Shown here: positions 9,470-18,036 of the stretch, one piece after another
How the letters are laid out: each line of letters opens with the position of its first letter
Numbering within the stretch: position 1 is the stretch's first letter
From: a virus
IMG/VR virus record: IMGVR_UViG_3300009537_000025
Location: 1-47,586 of that record
Strand: one strand, 5' to 3'
DNA: 47,586 nt
The notes under the pieces: model-generated
The model's input: only the letters and a program-made list of their open reading frames with translations
Database searches by the model: none
Told to the model about the DNA's origin: nothing
Program-made: the position numbers and the translations under genes

Positions 9470-10942
9470 ATGTCAAGGACTAATACAAATATAGGTTTAC
9501 CACTTCATTTGAATACTCCAAAGACGCACCATGTCATGGTTGGAGCAAAGGCTAATCGTGCAAAACCATATTCTTTGAAATATCCATACGCAAGTATTCA
9601 GGATTGTTTTGATCTTGCTTATGTTGATGGTGATATTATTTTTATTCATTCTGGATCATATAATGAGGAAGACATTCTTTTCACAGTAAAAGGAGGAGCG
9701 GTTTCTCATGTTGATCTTGTTTTTGAAGAAGGAGCAATAATTACTGCATCAACAGTTAATACCGAAATGTTCAATTCAACAGGGGTGACATATAGTGTTT
9801 ATGGTAGAGGAGAATTTATTCACGACAATGCAGGAAATGGAAATGTAACAACAGTATTTCAAACCGGGACAGCTTGTTACATATATGGAGCAAAACGAAT
9901 CTATTCAGAAACAGGAGTGCCTTTAGGTGTTAGAACATCTCGTGTTGAAAATGTGGATATTGTAGAGAGTGGAAATAATTATGCGATGTGGATGACAGTT
10001 GCATCAAACCCACTTAGAAACGGCAGAGACAAAGGTGTGTTCAGAAATACATACTTCAAGGGGTTTTATGCTGTTTCAGTTCAAAATCCTGTATCAGAAT
10101 CTGTATTATTTGAAAATTGCCATTTTGAATCTTTTTCAAATTATATAATCACTAATTTACTTGCCGACTCCAGAGCCACATTCAATAATTGTACATTCAA
10201 AGGAACTTCGGCGACTGCGAGAGGCTTATTGATTGGAGGTTATTTGACTTTTAACAATTGTAAAATTGAATCTGCTGGTGCCGGCTTAGAAACTATTTTG
10301 ATAAGTCCTTCACCCGTTACGGACAGAAACAATCCGAGAATAATTTTCAACAATTGCGATATTAAGAACATAGGCACTGGACCTTGTGTCAGATCAACAT
10401 ACCCTGCAATATTTAATGGATTGAATAAAATCCAAGCAGTTAATAATGTTGTTTACGGTCCTGTCAGAGGATTGGAAGAAGCTGAAAATATTATCAACGG
10501 TACAGTTGTTGTCAACACATTGCCGTTATCCGATAGTGTTCAAACATGGCGTTTCTTTGATTATGAGGATCCGCCAACAGTAGGAGAAACATATACAATC
10601 AATTCTCCAGAGGGAGGTTCAATAAGCTATATTGTTCAGGTGGCAGATACCGTTGATGATGTAATTGATGGGTTAATAGCCGCATGGCAAGCAGAAGCAA
10701 TTGCTGATCCGGATGGACAATTTGCGAAATACAACGACCTGACTCCTTTTTATGTTTCTGGTAATTTTCAAGCGGCGGCATTGGATCCATTAGATAATTT
10801 CGATGGAGAGAATGGATTTACCGTTTCAACAAGCGGAACAGATACGTTTGATGTTACATACATTGGAACTGAAGGATTCGGTTGGAAAGGATTTGGTAAA
10901 TTTGTTGTGAATGATGATTTGTTAATTCCAAATATTGACTAA
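9470..10942 (+). CDS. tail spike/fibre with right-handed beta-helix-like repeats (possible polysaccharide depolymerase)
   Basis: Periodic NxxF / NNC repeats: FENCHFESFSN, FNNCTFKGTSA, FNNCKIESAGAG, FNNCDIKNIGTG. It lies in the tail module. Confidence 0.55.
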   Translation: MSRTNTNIGLPLHLNTPKTHHVMVGAKANRAKPYSLKYPYASIQDCFDLAYVDGDIIFIHSGSYNEEDILFTVKGGAVSHVDLVFEEGAIITASTVNTEMFNSTGVTYSVYGRGEFIHDNAGNGNVTTVFQTGTACYIYGAKRIYSETGVPLGVRTSRVENVDIVESGNNYAMWMTVASNPLRNGRDKGVFRNTYFKGFYAVSVQNPVSESVLFENCHFESFSNYIITNLLADSRATFNNCTFKGTSATARGLLIGGYLTFNNCKIESAGAGLETILISPSPVTDRNNPRIIFNNCDIKNIGTGPCVRSTYPAIFNGLNKIQAVNNVVYGPVRGLEEAENIINGTVVVNTLPLSDSVQTWRFFDYEDPPTVGETYTINSPEGGSISYIVQVADTVDDVIDGLIAAWQAEAIADPDGQFAKYNDLTPFYVSGNFQAAALDPLDNFDGENGFTVSTSGTDTFDVTYIGTEGFGWKGFGKFVVNDDLLIPNID

Positions 10943-11724
10943 TGGCAACTACTTTAAGACAAAATATCGAGGCTATTATTGCACCAAAATCGAATCCAAA
11001 TGGTGATGGCGCAAGAAGTAAGAATCAATTACTTGCTCAATATCATGTGAACAATTTTGAACTTTCATTGATCAGAACTGAACTCATAAATGATGGAGGT
11101 ACTTTTGTTGAAGAATTTTTCAATAAAGAAACTGAATCATGGTTGGTTTGGAATTCAAAAGCACAACAATTCATTGAAAAAACGACGGGAGAGCCTTTCT
11201 TTATATCATTGTTCGTTGATGATTTCTCTGATCTTGTTCAAAGCGCACTCGATTGGACATTTGCTAATGGTACAGGAGTAAATGATTGGGTTTTTGGTTC
11301 TGCAAACCCGGCTCCGGCTGGAGTGAACTCAATGTACATATCTAATGATGTAGGAGTAACAAATGCATATTCAGGAGGAGTGCCTAATGTAGGAGTATCT
11401 CATGCTTCTGTTGATGTTGTTATACCTGCCGGACAATCGGTGAGGGTAAAGGTTCAAATGCTTTGTAATGGAGAGCCTTTATTTGATGATTTGAGGGTGT
11501 TCGCTTATAACGTAGCAACTGTCCCTGTGGCAGATGTGTTGCAAAACATTGCAAGTCAAAAACTACAATTGTCCGGATCAGGAGCGTTCATCGAGTATGA
11601 GTTTGATCTACCGAGCAGTTTCACAGGAACTACAATGACCCTTTCTTTTCAATGGCAAAATGATGCATCAGTTCAGAATGATCCTCCTGCGAATGTTGCA
11701 AAAGTTGAAGTATTATACAAGTAA
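10942..11724 (+). CDS. tail fibre-region hypothetical protein
   Basis: 260-aa ORF whose start overlaps the previous stop (TAATG). Confidence 0.6.
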   Translation: MATTLRQNIEAIIAPKSNPNGDGARSKNQLLAQYHVNNFELSLIRTELINDGGTFVEEFFNKETESWLVWNSKAQQFIEKTTGEPFFISLFVDDFSDLVQSALDWTFANGTGVNDWVFGSANPAPAGVNSMYISNDVGVTNAYSGGVPNVGVSHASVDVVIPAGQSVRVKVQMLCNGEPLFDDLRVFAYNVATVPVADVLQNIASQKLQLSGSGAFIEYEFDLPSSFTGTTMTLSFQWQNDASVQNDPPANVAKVEVLYK

Positions 11725-11727
11725 AAA

Positions 11728-12432
11728 ATGGAATTATTACAAGATAAAATAACATTTGAATTTGGTATCTATAAGGATGGTACTGATGTTGCTAATCCTG
11801 GTAAATTCACTAATCATAGCGATAGTATTGGTTATTGGATTGAGAAGGGTTTTGCTTTGAGTGATGCAAAAGTTGTAAAGGCTGAGATCAGGAGAATCGT
11901 TGATCTTCAAGAAGGAGAAAACATCGACTCTAAGTTTAATGCATTGCCTACAGACGAAATTAAATTCATGGCTGGAACAGAGATTCTCTTTGATCTGAAA
12001 AAAGCAACACTTGTACCATCGATAATGACTGATCAGGAATATGATTCAGCTAGACTATATCGTCAGTCAAATTCATTTATTGCTAGACAATCGAGATGGA
12101 ATGAAATGATGAAAGGATTGTCGGATCCTCTCGCACTTGCAAATACTGGTAAAATTGCATTCCTTACAGAAGAGTTAAAAAAATATCAAGAGGACTATTT
12201 GTATGCTGACAACAAAATATTTGAAGCATTTATTACCAAAACTGATCATGTATTGAGTACTATAACCGGATATCCTCGTACAGTAAATTTTGCAACAATA
12301 TCTACTAATTCGCTCGAAGGACTTGCTTTGTGGGACGACGTTAATCTTGGTGGTCCGGATGCGGCGTATAAAACGTTGGTGGTTGACATCATAAAGAATA
12401 CTATTATTAATACCACTCAATACGAATCATAA
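11728..12432 (+). CDS. hypothetical protein
   Basis: 234-aa ORF, tightly packed with its neighbours. Confidence 0.65.
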   Translation: MELLQDKITFEFGIYKDGTDVANPGKFTNHSDSIGYWIEKGFALSDAKVVKAEIRRIVDLQEGENIDSKFNALPTDEIKFMAGTEILFDLKKATLVPSIMTDQEYDSARLYRQSNSFIARQSRWNEMMKGLSDPLALANTGKIAFLTEELKKYQEDYLYADNKIFEAFITKTDHVLSTITGYPRTVNFATISTNSLEGLALWDDVNLGGPDAAYKTLVVDIIKNTIINTTQYES

Positions 12433-12710
12433 TGGATACACTACTTGAAAGCAAACCTATACAATTCACCGGAAAGACGGCGTTTGCCATTGGACTTATC
12501 GGTGGTGCATTAAACCTCATAACTCGAATGGAATTTTTACAAACAGGCATCGTCATTGTATCCGGTATTCTCGGAATTATTTTTGTGGTATATAAAATTG
12601 CAATGATCCGGTTGCAGTACTTTGAGAAAATTCAAGAAATGAAGAAGGCCGGAAAGAAAATACCAAAATTCTTCTCATGGAAATCTCAAAAGAACAATTC
12701 CAAAAAATAA
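12432..12710 (+). CDS. holin candidate (two predicted TM helices)
   Basis: 92 aa with TAFAIGLIGGALNLI and GIVIVSGILGIIFVVYKIAMI segments and a basic C-terminus. It heads the lysis cluster. Confidence 0.5.
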   Translation: MDTLLESKPIQFTGKTAFAIGLIGGALNLITRMEFLQTGIVIVSGILGIIFVVYKIAMIRLQYFEKIQEMKKAGKKIPKFFSWKSQKNNSKK

Positions 12711-13162
12711 TCAGGAGTCGTACATTCTGGGGACACGTAATTCGATTTTTTTCTACAATTGGAGTGGCACTTGGTATTGTTTGGGGATATGCTGAAGTTT
12801 ATCTCGATAATAAAATCGACAATCGCATAGAACTTTATGAGAAAGAAGAAGAAGAGAGGAACAAACCATTTCGGGAGATTCTCGCTGAACAGATGGATAT
12901 TCCTATCCAAATGGTACCATATGAAATAGTATGGAAGCTTGAAAAATTGGATAGTCTTTTGGTGGATGTAGATGAATTCTCAGAAACAATCCTGCCACAC
13001 ATTGAAAAGGAAATGAAATGTATCCGTCCAAGGCTTGAAATCGATCCAGAAACCGGAGAGGAATGGTGGTATGGAAAGGACGGCAGAAAGTATCAGGTAA
13101 TTTATAATGATAATACCGGGAAAATATGGTATCACGGACAATGGATTGAGATATGGAGATAA
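12677..13162 (+). CDS. N-terminally membrane-anchored protein of the lysis cluster
   Basis: 161 aa with one hydrophobic segment, FFSTIGVALGIVWGYAEVYL. Confidence 0.55.
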   Translation: MEISKEQFQKIIRSRTFWGHVIRFFSTIGVALGIVWGYAEVYLDNKIDNRIELYEKEEEERNKPFREILAEQMDIPIQMVPYEIVWKLEKLDSLLVDVDEFSETILPHIEKEMKCIRPRLEIDPETGEEWWYGKDGRKYQVIYNDNTGKIWYHGQWIEIWR

Positions 13163-13440
13163 AAGAGAGATTATTCAAAAAGCTGATCAAATCAGACACG
13201 AAAGAAAGCACGAAGCGATATCTGGCTATTTACGCCACGATAGTCCTTTTCATTTGTTGTGGTTGGATTGCGTATTTTCATGGTGAAAAACATGGCATGA
13301 ATGTAATCTGGGCATTGATCTCATTCATTCTTATTCTCCTGGGACTTGCTTCAGTAGAAACAGTTGCAACAATAATCACTTCTATTTTTAATAGAAATAA
13401 AATTGAAGAAAATGGATCCGACGAAGCTACAAACGGGTGA
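13153..13440 (+). CDS. small membrane protein (holin/antiholin candidate)
   Basis: 95 aa with hydrophobic segments YLAIYATIVLFICCGWIAYF and VIWALISFILILLGLASV. Confidence 0.5.
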   Translation: MEIKERLFKKLIKSDTKESTKRYLAIYATIVLFICCGWIAYFHGEKHGMNVIWALISFILILLGLASVETVATIITSIFNRNKIEENGSDEATNG

Positions 13441-13900
13441 TGTTCTGCATTGCAGTAGAAACACTATCCTCAGCAGATTGATAAGATGGTTCACTGTGTC
13501 AAAGTGGAATCATACAGCTGTATTCATTGAAATATGGGGACAACCATATATCATCGATGCTCAGAAAAACGGAGTAACTCCAAAGGCATACGACAAATGG
13601 ATGGAAGAATACGGATACTTCTGGATGGCTCACAGGAATCCTTCTCTGACAGATCACGAAGCGTTCTCGATAAAAGCCATGTCTGTTTCCGGTATTACCG
13701 GATACGACTTTACGTCTTTGCTCATTAAACAGCCCTGGAAAATAATCACTGGATCCTGGAAGAAAAAAGATGATGAGAGCGAGAGGATGTATTGTTCAGA
13801 ATATGCAATGTGGACGCATGGAATTGAGAAAGCCTATCGAATGTCCCCGGAGGACGCATTTCAATATTGCCACGATCACAATTGGGAGTTTGTGAAATAG
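13403..13900 (+). CDS. permuted papain-fold (YiiX/C92-like) peptidase, putative endolysin component
   Basis: GDVLHC...WNHTAVFI...YCSEYAMW follows the GD-h / H / CSE order recalled for permuted NlpC/P60-like amidases. It lies in the lysis cluster. Confidence 0.45.
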   Translation: MKKMDPTKLQTGDVLHCSRNTILSRLIRWFTVSKWNHTAVFIEIWGQPYIIDAQKNGVTPKAYDKWMEEYGYFWMAHRNPSLTDHEAFSIKAMSVSGITGYDFTSLLIKQPWKIITGSWKKKDDESERMYCSEYAMWTHGIEKAYRMSPEDAFQYCHDHNWEFVK

Positions 13901-13927
13901 TTGTATATTTACTGAAAATTCATCGAC

Positions 13928-14506
13928 ATGACCACTTATGAATTATTGAAACAGGCCGTTGAGAGCAAAGGATACAAGTTCTTTGAGGGCGAAATGAATA
14001 TCAACCTTATTGGTGTTAGATCATCAAACGTTGTAACGAACGAATTTGACGACACACTTCTTGTTGCGTTCGAGTTGAATGGACAAAAGATCGTCCTCAC
14101 CTTCAAAGATTTCACGACGGATCCAGGCTTTTACTATCTCAAACAGAAATTCCTCAATCCGAAAGGTTGTGCAATTTTGAAGCCTGGTCAATATCCTGGA
14201 ATGTGGACAATCGGAAAGCACCGAGGCAAATATCCTGCTTTGGTTCAGGTTGGTAAGTGTACGGTTTATAGAGATCGTGACGGGGATAATCAGATCGATA
14301 CGGATACAGAGCAATCTGGATTGTTTGGTATCAATATGCACCATGGATATGATGCTGAAGATATCAACAAATATTCTGCCGGATGTCAGGTTCATTCTCA
14401 TGACGAGCAGTTGAACGTTATTATTGCGTTGTGCGAAATGTCAGCTGTAAAATGGGGAGATGCTTTCACATACACTCTTCTCGAAAAAGCTGATATCGAA
14501 ATATGA
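13928..14506 (+). CDS. putative peptidoglycan hydrolase with a His...SAGCQV catalytic-type motif (YkuD-like)
   Basis: NLIGVRS...TTDPG...GINMHHG...YSAGCQVHS. The Cys/His arrangement resembles L,D-transpeptidase-fold enzymes. It lies in the lysis cluster. Confidence 0.45.
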   Translation: MTTYELLKQAVESKGYKFFEGEMNINLIGVRSSNVVTNEFDDTLLVAFELNGQKIVLTFKDFTTDPGFYYLKQKFLNPKGCAILKPGQYPGMWTIGKHRGKYPALVQVGKCTVYRDRDGDNQIDTDTEQSGLFGINMHHGYDAEDINKYSAGCQVHSHDEQLNVIIALCEMSAVKWGDAFTYTLLEKADIEI

Positions 14507-14946
14507 GAAAAGTCATATTTATATTTTTGGCTTTTTTAGCCGTTTCCTGCGCTCCTCAAAAAAAACTGGCTCGGTTGATAAAGAAACACCCTGAACTGGT
14601 CAGAGATTCAAGTTATGTCGATCTGGACACGTTTATTGTGAATATCCCGTCGGTTCATTCTGATAGTGTTGTTTATATCAATACAATTCGCCACGATACC
14701 TTTGTAATGGAAAAAGAACGACTCCGGATCCGGACGTTCATTTATAAGGACTCATTGTTCATTGAGGGGGAGTGCGACGAGATACACGACACGATCATTC
14801 AAAAAGAGACTATCACCTTCCCGGTTGTTGTGAACGAAACCACGACCGATTGGAAAACTTCTGCTCTTATCGGCCTTGCCTGTATCATAGCAGGACTTCT
14901 TTTGGCTCGTTATCTTCCTGACAGAAATACGGACGACGAAAAATAA
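14503..14946 (+). CDS. unimolecular spanin candidate (N-terminal lipoprotein, C-terminal TM helix)
   Basis: MRKVIFIFLAFLAVSC lipobox, plus a C-terminal ALIGLACIIAGLLLARYL helix. It is the last gene of the lysis cluster and overlaps its upstream neighbour at ATGA. Confidence 0.55.
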   Translation: MRKVIFIFLAFLAVSCAPQKKLARLIKKHPELVRDSSYVDLDTFIVNIPSVHSDSVVYINTIRHDTFVMEKERLRIRTFIYKDSLFIEGECDEIHDTIIQKETITFPVVVNETTTDWKTSALIGLACIIAGLLLARYLPDRNTDDEK

Positions 14947-14977
14947 TTCTATTTTCTTTCGATAATATTTGGTTGTT

Positions 14978-15000
14978 TTAGATTTAAGGCTTATGTTAGC
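14978..15000 (+). promoter_or_regulatory. copy 1 (diverged) of the repeated intergenic motif TTAGAnTTAAnGnTTAnnTTAGC
   Basis: ttagatttaaggcttatgttagc lies in the spacer upstream of the first early gene. Confidence 0.4.
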
Positions 15001-15010
15001 AGAAATTTAA

Positions 15011-15027
15011 AACACATCAAGAAAATG
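15011..15027 (+). promoter_or_regulatory. start-proximal 17-mer AACACATCAAGAAAATG (copy 1)
   Basis: Exact 17-mer ending in the start codon of ORF 15025. Confidence 0.5.
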
Positions 15028-15303
15028 GAAAAATCAGATTTTAAAGGAACAAAAGGAGAATGGTGGGTATCGAATTCAAATGAAATTTTATCAATGCCAT
15101 CTCAATGCAAGATTTCAAACAATATTTCAGGATGGAGTCCTGAAGAAGCTGAATCCAACGCAAAACTAATAGCAGCAGCACCTGATTTATTAGAGGCTTT
15201 ACAAAGTACAAGAAGATTAAACCTTCACCAATACAAAGAGGGTTCAATTGGATATGATGTTTACCAAAAAATAGAAAAAGCAATCAAAAAAGCACTAGAT
15301 TAA
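15025..15303 (+). CDS. hypothetical early protein
   Basis: 92-aa ORF containing NAKLIAAAPDLLEAL, a string common in small phage proteins of unknown function (recollection). Confidence 0.7.
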   Translation: MEKSDFKGTKGEWWVSNSNEILSMPSQCKISNNISGWSPEEAESNAKLIAAAPDLLEALQSTRRLNLHQYKEGSIGYDVYQKIEKAIKKALD

Positions 15304-15318
15304 CACATCAAGAAAATG
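15302..15318 (+). promoter_or_regulatory. start-proximal 17-mer AACACATCAAGAAAATG (copy 2)
   Basis: Exact 17-mer ending in the start codon of ORF 15316. It begins inside the previous stop codon. Confidence 0.5.
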
Positions 15319-15510
15319 AAACAAGTATCCGATAGTGAATTTTACCGAGAACTTTATGATCAGGAAAAAGACATCGATATTAATTGTGTACAAACAAATC
15401 CTGATATAATCAGTGAATTTAAATTCAAATCTAATCGAGAATTATTTGGAAAATCCATATCTAAAGGATACGGAGAAAGAAAATATTTTATTAACACATC
15501 AAGAAAATGA
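15316..15510 (+). CDS. hypothetical early protein
   Basis: 64-aa ORF. Confidence 0.6.
   Translation: MKQVSDSEFYRELYDQEKDIDINCVQTNPDIISEFKFKSNRELFGKSISKGYGERKYFINTSRK
15493..15509 (+). promoter_or_regulatory. start-proximal 17-mer AACACATCAAGAAAATG (copy 3)
   Basis: Exact 17-mer ending in the start codon of ORF 15507. Here it also encodes the NTSRK C-terminus of ORF 15316-15510. Confidence 0.5.
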
Positions 15511-15977
15511 GTTTCAAAATTCAAGACTTAATCACAAGGCATGAGGACGGCACGATGTCCGGACCAATGTCGCCAGTAGAGTTCGCAAAAATAATGTGCG
15601 AGGAATGGGAGATGTCTCTGACAGGATTATTCAGGGTTTATTTCGATGATAACGAGATCAACCAATGGTATGAGAGTAAAAAGTCTGGAGGCTTTCAGTC
15701 TTTGACAGGATTGGACACGCTTGTCATTTGCGACACAACTGCAATGGCTATGTTTATTGACACAGGAACATCCGGGATTCCGGTTGCGATTACATTCTTT
15801 GACGAGGACGATGTCGTTATGACTCCCATTTATGAGAAATATCACTTCGAGAAGAAACTTTCGAAGGACGAGATATCAGAGATTTTTAATTCAATACAAC
15901 AACAACATGAGCAAAACAACAACGGATCCGACATTCAGCCAGAAGTTGAAAATGATGGATCAGAAAACGGAGGTTAG
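15507..15977 (+). CDS. hypothetical early protein
   Basis: 156-aa ORF overlapping its upstream neighbour at ATGA. Confidence 0.7.
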   Translation: MSFKIQDLITRHEDGTMSGPMSPVEFAKIMCEEWEMSLTGLFRVYFDDNEINQWYESKKSGGFQSLTGLDTLVICDTTAMAMFIDTGTSGIPVAITFFDEDDVVMTPIYEKYHFEKKLSKDEISEIFNSIQQQHEQNNNGSDIQPEVENDGSENGG

Positions 15978-16095
15978 TTTTTACAACTTTCCTATTGATG
16001 AAATTCCAGAAAAAAAGGATAAATTAGACGACGATCCTGCTTGGTTTGAAGAGATCGATGGAAAACGTTGTCTGATTATCAGATCAACGCTATGA
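15907..16095 (+). CDS. small hypothetical protein, start uncertain (ATG 15907, 15952 or 15955)
   Basis: The track ORF 15832-16095 overlaps 15507-15977 by 146 nt. Internal ATGs give a shorter and more plausible product. Confidence 0.35.
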   Translation: MSKTTTDPTFSQKLKMMDQKTEVSFYNFPIDEIPEKKDKLDDDPAWFEEIDGKRCLIIRSTL

Positions 16096-16364
16096 GACGA
16101 AATATTAATATCAGATACAGAGAACGAATGAAAAAGGAAATTAATTCCGGGAATTTATCAGACTTAGATTCTCACAAGATCAGAAACAATAGCCTTGGCC
16201 AGAAAACTGCAAAGGCTTTGAAAAATAAGAAAATTAAATCTCCACCGATAAAAGCGAGAATCCACGTAAAAGGTAAAACATGGATGGTGCCTAATCGAGA
16301 GTTGAAAACGGAAGATGAGATTCAGTCCTGGAGGCAAGAAATGATTGAAAAATATAATCTTTAA
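16068..16364 (+). CDS. basic hypothetical protein
   Basis: 98-aa K/R-rich ORF. Confidence 0.6.
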   Translation: MSDYQINAMRRNINIRYRERMKKEINSGNLSDLDSHKIRNNSLGQKTAKALKNKKIKSPPIKARIHVKGKTWMVPNRELKTEDEIQSWRQEMIEKYNL

Positions 16365-16367
16365 TAT

Positions 16368-16652
16368 ATGTTAGAAATCAAATTATCAACTCACTCCGTC
16401 GAGTGGTACAAGGAAAAGACTTCACAGATCGCAGAAAAAAGAGACCAGGCAATCACAGCCGCATTTTTAGCCGATCAAGTTGTCAGCAAATCCCAGAAAG
16501 AAAGAAACGTCAGATTATGCGAACAGAGATCGAATCCTACAATCACCAGATTGTTTCTGAGTATTAGAGTTCCACACTACGGAATGACAATTGCTGAGGC
16601 TTGTTATAGATTATCTTATTTTAGACATGAACTGCGAAAAGTTAGTTTTTAA
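16368..16652 (+). CDS. hypothetical protein
   Basis: 94-aa ORF. Confidence 0.6.
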   Translation: MLEIKLSTHSVEWYKEKTSQIAEKRDQAITAAFLADQVVSKSQKERNVRLCEQRSNPTITRLFLSIRVPHYGMTIAEACYRLSYFRHELRKVSF

Positions 16653-16662
16653 TTTTGAATAA

Positions 16663-16686
16663 TTAGATATTAGTTTTATATTAGCC
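16663..16686 (+). promoter_or_regulatory. copy 2 (diverged) of the repeated intergenic motif
   Basis: ttagatattagttttatattagcc matches copy 4 at 16 of 24 positions, including both TTAG(A/C) ends, and is followed by the same CAAAAA. Confidence 0.35.
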
Positions 16687-16700
16687 AAAAATTTACAACA

Positions 16701-17078
16701 ATGAACACATCAAGAAATTTAACATTAAAAATGATCGGGGACATAGTTGCCTCCAGGATCAGCGTCGAGTTCTCCAGAGAGGACTATCGAAACAATTCCG
16801 GACCAATCGAATTGGAGATATGGGACGGAAAATCTACAGTACTTTTAAAGATCGATCCAGAAAGGTTCGACAAATTGAATCCAGAAATAATCGGAGGCAA
16901 TGTCAATGTTGATGGTGAGGACTTTAAAATTGTAAAAAAAGATGCCAAAAAGATTTCTCTCCCGAACGACGTTTTAATGGAACTGAATGAATTTTATAAC
17001 AAGAACGTTGAGGTATTCGGAGGATTGAGTAATACTCCGGATAGTGTCAATGGACTATCAATTTTAGCTTTATGTTAG
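16701..17078 (+). CDS. hypothetical protein (alternative start ATG 16731)
   Basis: 125-aa ORF. AACACATCAAGAAAT lies at 16704-16718, just after ATG 16701, so the real start may be 16731. Confidence 0.6.
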   Translation: MNTSRNLTLKMIGDIVASRISVEFSREDYRNNSGPIELEIWDGKSTVLLKIDPERFDKLNPEIIGGNVNVDGEDFKIVKKDAKKISLPNDVLMELNEFYNKNVEVFGGLSNTPDSVNGLSILALC

Positions 17079-17323
17079 AGACACAAAAGGTAACCTTAGA
17101 AAAATTTTTAAAGATCACAATGGCCAACAACGATACAAAGTTGAAGGATATTGCTGAAATCAGGGGTAAATCAGCCGGCTCCTTATCGGTAACGATGAAA
17201 CAAAAGTCAATGAATCTCGATACACTTGCCTCAATTCTGAAGGCAATGGATGAAGATGTTGTTTTGACATTGAAGAACGGTCAGAGTTATTTAATTATAT
17301 TTGACGAGGATGGGAGCAACTAA
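17072..17323 (+). CDS. small helix-turn-helix DNA-binding protein (candidate regulator)
   Basis: KLKDIAEIRGKSAGSLSVTMKQKSMNLDTLASILKAM reads as an HTH segment. Confidence 0.45.
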   Translation: MLETQKVTLEKFLKITMANNDTKLKDIAEIRGKSAGSLSVTMKQKSMNLDTLASILKAMDEDVVLTLKNGQSYLIIFDEDGSN

Positions 17324-17354
17324 GAAGCTTTTCATGGAAATACGTCAAGCGCAA

Positions 17355-17370
17355 ATACATCAAGAAAATG
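17355..17370 (+). promoter_or_regulatory. start-proximal motif ATACATCAAGAAAATG (copy 4)
   Basis: ACATCAAGAAAATG is identical to copies 1-3 and ends in the start codon of the ERF gene. Confidence 0.5.
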
Positions 17371-18036
17371 AGCGACAAAAAGACAAACATCTTCTCCAAA
17401 CTTTTGGAGGTAAAAAGGAAAGTCCCAAGCATAAGCAAAAACGCTGAAGGATTTAATTTCAAGTATGCAAACCCATCTCAGGTTCTAGGAACGCTGAATC
17501 CTTTGCTAAATGAGGCAGGAATACTTCTGAAAACAGAGGTTATCAATGTAGAAAAAGAGAGAGTATTTACAAAGAAGAAGTCTATTAAATATTATCTAAA
17601 TGGTTCTCAGGTAGAAGAGGTTATCGATGTTTATGAAACATTATTCCATTTGGATTTTCGTTTTACATGGATTGATATTGATACAGGAGAAAAGGATGAG
17701 AATCTATTCTCCGCCTCTGGAATGAACTCCGATGATAAAGGACTTGGATCAGCGTTGACATATGGTGAGAGATATTTCATGTTGAAATATTTCAACATAC
17801 CAACAGACGAGGACGATCCAGACCATCTTTCTAATGCACAAAATGGAGTGAAAAAGGAGTCTGATCCGGTACAGGCGAAAGAATGGTTGACGAAAGATCA
17901 GTTCGAAAAAGCAATGAAATCCGACATTAAAGGCATTGCCGCAACTATCACCAAATATACCTCAGCCACTCATGGCATGAAGAAGGAGTATCGTGAAAAA
18001 CTTACTGCTCAACTAGCAGAACTTAAAAATAAATAG
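17368..18036 (+). CDS. erf: ERF-family single-strand annealing protein
   Basis: FNFKYANPSQVLGTLNPLL...GLGSALTYGERYFMLKYFNIPTDEDDPD is typical of ERF recombinases. It is followed by a nuclease gene. Confidence 0.7.
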   Translation: MSDKKTNIFSKLLEVKRKVPSISKNAEGFNFKYANPSQVLGTLNPLLNEAGILLKTEVINVEKERVFTKKKSIKYYLNGSQVEEVIDVYETLFHLDFRFTWIDIDTGEKDENLFSASGMNSDDKGLGSALTYGERYFMLKYFNIPTDEDDPDHLSNAQNGVKKESDPVQAKEWLTKDQFEKAMKSDIKGIAATITKYTSATHGMKKEYREKLTAQLAELKNK

